Source of the DNA: a virus
Taxonomy: Duplodnaviria > Caudoviricetes
IMG/VR virus record: IMGVR_UViG_3300024313_000009
Coordinates: 1 to 54,894 of that record
Direction: 5' to 3' (one strand)
Length of the DNA stretch: 54,894 bases
Positions within the stretch are counted from its first letter, which is position 1, and every line of letters starts with the position of its first letter. The notes below the pieces were generated by a model. It was not told the origin of the DNA. It ran no database searches and saw only the letters and a list, made by a program, of their open reading frames with translations. The position numbers and the translations under genes were made by a program. Below, one piece after another: positions 50,130 through 54,894 of the stretch.

Positions 50130-51500
50130 ATGGATAATCTAAAAAATATACAAGATTTTATAACAGAAAAAAGAGTTACTGTTAAGAGGAGATATACTGA
50201 AAAGCATCCAGCTAAAAATGTATCTACTGCTGCCAGGGTTCGTTCTGCTATTTTAGATGCTGTTGCTGATGGACATTTAACTGAAGATGAGGTTAACAAT
50301 ATCTTATCTGAAATAAAGGCTCACAAAAGATGGCTTAAAAGAAATGTAGGATTATTTAATATCAGTGAAGATGAGACTGGGATTAAGAGATATTCCTTAT
50401 CTCCTTATGGTCATAGAGTAAGAACTGCAACTGCTCCACTTAATGAAGCTTTAAAAGTTCCTCATAAAGAACAAGGTAAGAAAAAGGTTAATATGTTTGT
50501 TGGTAGATTCCAACCTTTTACATTAGGTCATGTTAAAGTATTTGAAAAAATGTATAAAGAAAATGGAAAACCTGTAGTTGTATTTTTAGTTAGAGGAAAA
50601 AACAACGATCCTGAGAAAAGACCGTTTGATGAAGAAATGCAACAAGCAATGTTTGCTAAGATGGCAAAACAATATCCATTTTTAGAAACTGCTATTGTAG
50701 TTCCTAATGGTTCAATTGACACGATGTTTGCAGCAGCAAGGCCAGCATATGAACCTGTGATGTGGGGATATGGAACGGATAGAAAAAAATCATACGGTGC
50801 AATGATTGACAAACAATCATACCGAGATCAATTAGGAGTAGATCCTGATTTTAAAGGTTTTGAGATTTTTAGAACTGATGATAACATTTCAGCATCTAAA
50901 GTTCGTAATGCATTAAAGATAGATGATGAAAAGACTTTTAAGAAAATGACTCCTAAAAGCATACATAGTTTTTATAAACCATTACAAAATATATTAGAAC
51001 CAATAAAAGAAAATAACAATATGAAAAATTTAAAATCACTAACAAGTTTTAGCATTGACGAATCTTTGAATGAAGGTAAAAAAGCTAAAGCAAAAAACCC
51101 TAATAAAGTAAACACTATAGATGTTGATTTATCTGGAGACGATTCAGATATAATGGATGCAATTAAATCATTTAATCTAAAGGTTAAATCTAACGGAGCC
51201 AATAAAGGAACTGGGTATGATATGACAGGTAAAAATAAAGATATTCTTGATTATTTACAAAGTGACTATTATGCATTAGATGCTAGAGATATTGAGGATA
51301 TGTTTCCAGAATTATTAGAAGGTGAAATCAATGAAGAGTATATTGAATTAATGCCTGGGATGGAAGAAGGGTTAGAACAAATAGTAGAAGGTTGGATAGA
51401 ATGGAAAGGCGGCCCTGCAACAGAAAAGACTGACATTGCTCCAGCAAGAAAAGAATTATTAAACTTTTGTACAACTTATTTAAAAAAGAATATTAAGTAA
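50130..51500 (+). CDS. HxGH-superfamily nucleotidyltransferase (NMNAT/cytidylyltransferase-like) with wHTH-like N-terminus
   Basis: VGRFQPFTLGH and ISASKVR motifs. ATG at 50130 is the likelier start than GTG at 50124. Confidence 0.8.
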   Translation: MDNLKNIQDFITEKRVTVKRRYTEKHPAKNVSTAARVRSAILDAVADGHLTEDEVNNILSEIKAHKRWLKRNVGLFNISEDETGIKRYSLSPYGHRVRTATAPLNEALKVPHKEQGKKKVNMFVGRFQPFTLGHVKVFEKMYKENGKPVVVFLVRGKNNDPEKRPFDEEMQQAMFAKMAKQYPFLETAIVVPNGSIDTMFAAARPAYEPVMWGYGTDRKKSYGAMIDKQSYRDQLGVDPDFKGFEIFRTDDNISASKVRNALKIDDEKTFKKMTPKSIHSFYKPLQNILEPIKENNNMKNLKSLTSFSIDESLNEGKKAKAKNPNKVNTIDVDLSGDDSDIMDAIKSFNLKVKSNGANKGTGYDMTGKNKDILDYLQSDYYALDARDIEDMFPELLEGEINEEYIELMPGMEEGLEQIVEGWIEWKGGPATEKTDIAPARKELLNFCTTYLKKNIK

Positions 51501-51727
51501 TGTCTAAAGACGTAAAGGAAAATGAAGCAGGTACTGTTGGCCTAAATCCTAATATGAATGTACAGGGCATGGGAGCAGTTGAGCTTCCTGGCGATCCTGG
51601 TTCTGCAAATTCTTTTGCTACACAAAAGGTTGGCAGTGGTGATGATCCTGAAGGAAAAAAGAAAAAGAAAAAGAAAATGTTACTTCTATCATTTGATAAG
51701 TACATGGAACTTTTAAAATCAAAATAA
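51500..51727 (+). CDS. Small protein with poly-Lys tract and C-terminal targeting-like motif
   Basis: GSGDDPEGKKKKKKKMLLLSFDKYMELL; TAATG overlap with the previous gene. Confidence 0.65.
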   Translation: MSKDVKENEAGTVGLNPNMNVQGMGAVELPGDPGSANSFATQKVGSGDDPEGKKKKKKKMLLLSFDKYMELLKSK

Positions 51728-51737
51728 ATAAGGTATA

Positions 51738-53972
51738 ATGGCAATACTACCAAAATATCAATTAGAGGCTCTTTTTGAAGCTGGTGATTTAATGACTGAA
51801 ACCACCTTAGGCGACTTTATTGATTCGGCATATAATCCTGTTCTTCAAGCAGGTGCAAACATAATATTAACTACCGTATCTACCTCATCTGGTGATACTA
51901 TAACAATATCATCAACTGGTGGCGGTGGAGGTTCCCCAATTATAGAAGGCCCAGGTATAGACATTACAACAGTAGGCTCTGATGAGAAGGTATCTGTTGA
52001 TTTAGATAATAGCCAGACTAATTTAATATTTAATGGTAGCAATAAATTAACATTTGCAGGTATTCATATAAAAGACGAAGGTTCAGTAGTAGGTACTTAC
52101 CCAACAATTAATTTTATAGGTATTGATGTATTAGCTGAAGATAGCGGCAGTCCAGGCCAGGTAAATGTTTATATACCAACACCAACATTCGCTTCTCACT
52201 TTAATACTACAGATGGTACTACAAATGGTATTGTTGCAGAGAGTGGCTTCACAAGAAGTATAGTAAGAATAAGTGACCCAACAGACGAAGCTAACGGTAT
52301 TCCATTTAAAACAGGTGGTTGGGCAGGTACTAATCGATCTTCATATAATAATACAACAACAGCAGTTAATACATTTCAAACTGCACAACAGGTTACTGGC
52401 TTTAGTGTTGATGCTACTGGTGATGCAACAATAACAGTTGCAGTACTCGATGCAGATGGTAGTACAGCGATGCAGTCATTTACAACAGGAACTATTTTTG
52501 CCGATGGAACTCAATCATTAAATGACATAAGTGTAAATATTTCTAGTTATGCTAATGATACTTCTAAAAGAAAAGGTGTTGTTACAGTTAATGTAAACAT
52601 GGCATCTCTTTTTTCTAATGCAGGTAGGAGCGGTGGTAGATATCATGTCGTTGTAAGAATGGACACTGATACTGCAACTGATGGTGGTAATATTTACGTA
52701 TATACACAATCAGATGTATTTTGGGATATTAATAATGAAGGTGGGTATCCAGCAACTCCTATAATTAACGGAATTGTAGCAATACAAGAATCTGCAGTAC
52801 CTGCAAATATAAAAACTAAACATTTAAGTGGTATTGAGTATTACATATTAGATTCAGAGTTCGAAATTGATGTTACTGATATAGATAATCTTAATGCAAA
52901 TACACAAGGTAGAAGCTTAGGTGCTGGTTATAATTTCTTAGCACAAGCTAGTGACTATGGTTTAACTGATTTACAGCAATCTGCATGGAGTCCTACGTTA
53001 GGTACTTTTGCAGGTTGGACTAATTTATGGAATTGTAATGATATTAATTATTCTTATGATAATTGGGATATAACTAATACTTTTTACAGGTTTAGGGGCG
53101 ATGATGCAGTATGCACATCAACTGTTTTTGATCCATGGAATTCATCATTACAAGAATTATCAGGTACTAATTCTATTTTAATTGATACTTACCCTAGTAG
53201 ATCTACTAATTTAGGAGAGGCATTTGCTGATGAGACTGAAAGGCTTTATAGAGATACTGTAACTAGTTCATATGTTGCATGGGATTCTACTAAATCATTA
53301 TCTGATGTATCACAACCGCCTAACGGAACAGGGCCTGCCGGTACATTTAATAATGGGTGTATAGTAGGTAGCTATTTAGTACAAGGTTCTCAATTCTTTA
53401 AGGATAATGGTGATTCTCCATTAATAGGTTCTTTAATACCTAACCTGGCACCATACAAACCAGACAAATCAGGTACTAATCCTAATTATTCAACATTAAC
53501 CAATATACCGGTATATCATAGAAGTTTTTATACGGCATCACCTCTAGCTATATCCAATGTAGTTTTAGATTTTAGCGGTTCGTTTGGTGTTAGTGGTAAT
53601 GCAACAACAGCATTATCAAATTCTCAAATGAAAATTTATATAAGGAGAGAGGGTACTAATTCAGTTGGTGATACTGGCTTTAGTGCTAATCCATTAGCTG
53701 TACATGGAGGATTATATAATTCAGGCTCACCAGGTAGTCCATTTGATGATGGTATAAGTGGTGTTGATTCACTAGGATCATTAATAAGAACTGGTGCAAG
53801 TTCAGGAAATAGTGTAGAATTTACATTTGGTCCTGGTACTTATTTATGCACAGGTGGTTTCTGGATAGAAATACAATTAGTTGCAACAGATATTAAATTA
53901 GATACTATTAATGCGACTCTAAAATTTAGTAACGGAACAAGTGAGACTGTGAATGCATCCACTCCAAACTAG
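51738..53972 (+). CDS. Virion structural protein (Thr/Ser/Gly-rich, beta-rich)
   Basis: 744 aa; N-terminal LEALFEAGD...FIDS resembles fibre-type attachment motifs. Confidence 0.6.
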   Translation: MAILPKYQLEALFEAGDLMTETTLGDFIDSAYNPVLQAGANIILTTVSTSSGDTITISSTGGGGGSPIIEGPGIDITTVGSDEKVSVDLDNSQTNLIFNGSNKLTFAGIHIKDEGSVVGTYPTINFIGIDVLAEDSGSPGQVNVYIPTPTFASHFNTTDGTTNGIVAESGFTRSIVRISDPTDEANGIPFKTGGWAGTNRSSYNNTTTAVNTFQTAQQVTGFSVDATGDATITVAVLDADGSTAMQSFTTGTIFADGTQSLNDISVNISSYANDTSKRKGVVTVNVNMASLFSNAGRSGGRYHVVVRMDTDTATDGGNIYVYTQSDVFWDINNEGGYPATPIINGIVAIQESAVPANIKTKHLSGIEYYILDSEFEIDVTDIDNLNANTQGRSLGAGYNFLAQASDYGLTDLQQSAWSPTLGTFAGWTNLWNCNDINYSYDNWDITNTFYRFRGDDAVCTSTVFDPWNSSLQELSGTNSILIDTYPSRSTNLGEAFADETERLYRDTVTSSYVAWDSTKSLSDVSQPPNGTGPAGTFNNGCIVGSYLVQGSQFFKDNGDSPLIGSLIPNLAPYKPDKSGTNPNYSTLTNIPVYHRSFYTASPLAISNVVLDFSGSFGVSGNATTALSNSQMKIYIRREGTNSVGDTGFSANPLAVHGGLYNSGSPGSPFDDGISGVDSLGSLIRTGASSGNSVEFTFGPGTYLCTGGFWIEIQLVATDIKLDTINATLKFSNGTSETVNASTPN

Positions 53973-54003
53973 AATATATAAAACAGTAAAAGAAAATTAA
54001 ATA

Positions 54004-54894
54004 ATGGGATTTACTAAAGAAGAAGTAAGGAAGTTAAATTTTAAGGTACAGGCTGGTAATGTTATTGATGCAGACTCAGGTAATTTCTGGTATCAGTCTA
54101 GGCTTGAAAATCAACCTGCAGTAAAACCATCAAGAATACTAAATCAATATTCTACTGTAACAGCCAATCCACCAACTAGCCTTGCTAACTTAATTACAAT
54201 GACACAAGGTGGTGGTGCACTAAGTGGAATAGTAGGTGATGAGTATACTGGAATTTCTACAAGACTAAATAGATTAACTCCAGGTTTAGATAATACATGG
54301 ATTTCTTATGATAATTATGCAACTGGGGCATCATCTGGTAGAAAAGATTTATGGATAAATCCTTCAAGTGTACCTGATTCAAATGGGGATCCTTCAACTT
54401 CATATACTATTTCATTATATAGTGGAGATCCTGCGGCTGGTGGTGTTTTTATATCAACCTCAACTGGGCAAGGCTCAGGTGCTGATGCAGAAGTCGGCTG
54501 GGTATGGAATTATGACCAAGGTTTATTATTTTTAGCAAATGACCTTGTTTCAACTATTGACGGTAATCTTGCAACATATCCTGATGGTTTAGATTTTTAT
54601 GTACAGGGTTTTAGATATATTGGAACTACAGGTGGTGGTGGTGGCGGTGGCGTCCAAGGAGAACAAGGACCACAAGGACCAACTGGTGCGGCATCAACCG
54701 TATCTGGACCACAAGGACCACAAGGACCAAGTGGGCCTGCTGGTACTGGAGCACAAGGACATCAAGGACCACAAGGACCACAAGGGGAACAAGGCCCTAG
54801 CGGACCTGCTGGTAATACTGGTATACAAGGACCGCAAGGTAATACTGGTGCCGTTGGGCCACAAGGTATACAAGGTGAACAAGGACCACAAGGT
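54004..54894 (+). CDS. Collagen-repeat fibre protein, N-terminal part (3'-truncated; absent from the ORF track)
   Basis: ATG at 54004, open to the end: [14 protein letters not shown]...WNYDQGLLF...[27 protein letters not shown]...; late motif GAATATATAA at 53972-53981. Confidence 0.85.
   Translation, partial: MGFTKEEVRKLNFKVQAGNVIDADSGNFWYQSRLENQPAVKPSRILNQYSTVTANPPTSLANLITMTQGGGALSGIVGDEYTGISTRLNRLTPGLDNTWISYDNYATGASSGRKDLWINPSSVPDSNGDPSTSYTISLYSGDPAAGGVFISTSTGQGSGADAEVGWVWNYDQGLLFLANDLVSTIDGNLATYPDGLDFYVQGFRYIGTTGGGGGGGVQGEQGPQGPTGAASTVSGPQGPQGPSGPAGTGAQGHQGPQGPQGEQGPSGPAGNTGIQGPQGNTGAVGPQGIQGEQGPQG
54649..54894 (+). repeat. Collagen-coding Gly-X-Y repeats (GGACCACAA units)
   Basis: Repeated GPQ/GEQ/GIQ triplets up to the window end. 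Confidence 0.9.

Noticed and set aside
882-54891. Minus-strand ORFs and short alternate-frame plus-strand ORFs in the track (e.g. 4182-4499, 7875-8270, 40476-40955, 43314-43811, 43986-44486, 54694-54891)
   Set aside because: They lie opposite or inside well-supported genes and show the Ser/Leu/Phe-rich composition expected of shadow frames of AT-rich, acidic or collagen-coding DNA.
1-54894. Stop-codon reassignment, as in some Bacteroidota megaphages
   Set aside because: Genes up to 1544 aa are intact in the standard code, coding density is very high, and TAG (2137, 18913, 53972) and TGA (2511, 3071) end genes at sensible boundaries.
54004-54894. Circular genome joining the 3' collagen gene to the 5' collagen gene
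   Set aside because: No terminal overlap seen, and capsid, terminase, sheath and polymerase genes are missing. More likely a fragment broken in or near repeat-rich fibre genes.

Overview
AT-rich, gene-dense fragment of a large T4-like (jumbo) myovirus genome. Every credible gene is on the + strand and reads in the standard code; TAA, TAG and TGA all terminate genes. Left to right: the C-terminal part of a collagen-repeat fibre gene; five orphan genes; a baseplate/neck/fibre module (gp53-, gp27-, gp5-, gp13-, gp25-, gp6-, gp7-like and several giant structural proteins) interrupted by a four-domain ribosomal protein S1 homologue and an amidoligase; a gp3-like tail protein; a replication/recombination block (RuvC-like resolvase, GroES, gp32 SSB, gp61 primase, UvsY, UvsW); an island of proteins with T4-style capsid-targeting motifs, including two ligase-fold nucleotidyltransferases (one fused to a PD-(D/E)xK-like domain) and an NMNAT/cytidylyltransferase-like enzyme; then two structural genes, the last truncated in collagen repeats. 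Two recurring promoter-like motifs are visible. In at least three places the late-type motif lies inside a hairpin that covers the next gene's translation start region. Leaders are A-rich and lack Shine-Dalgarno sequences, which suggests a Bacteroidota host (inference). All protein assignments come from motif recognition and synteny by eye; no searches were run.
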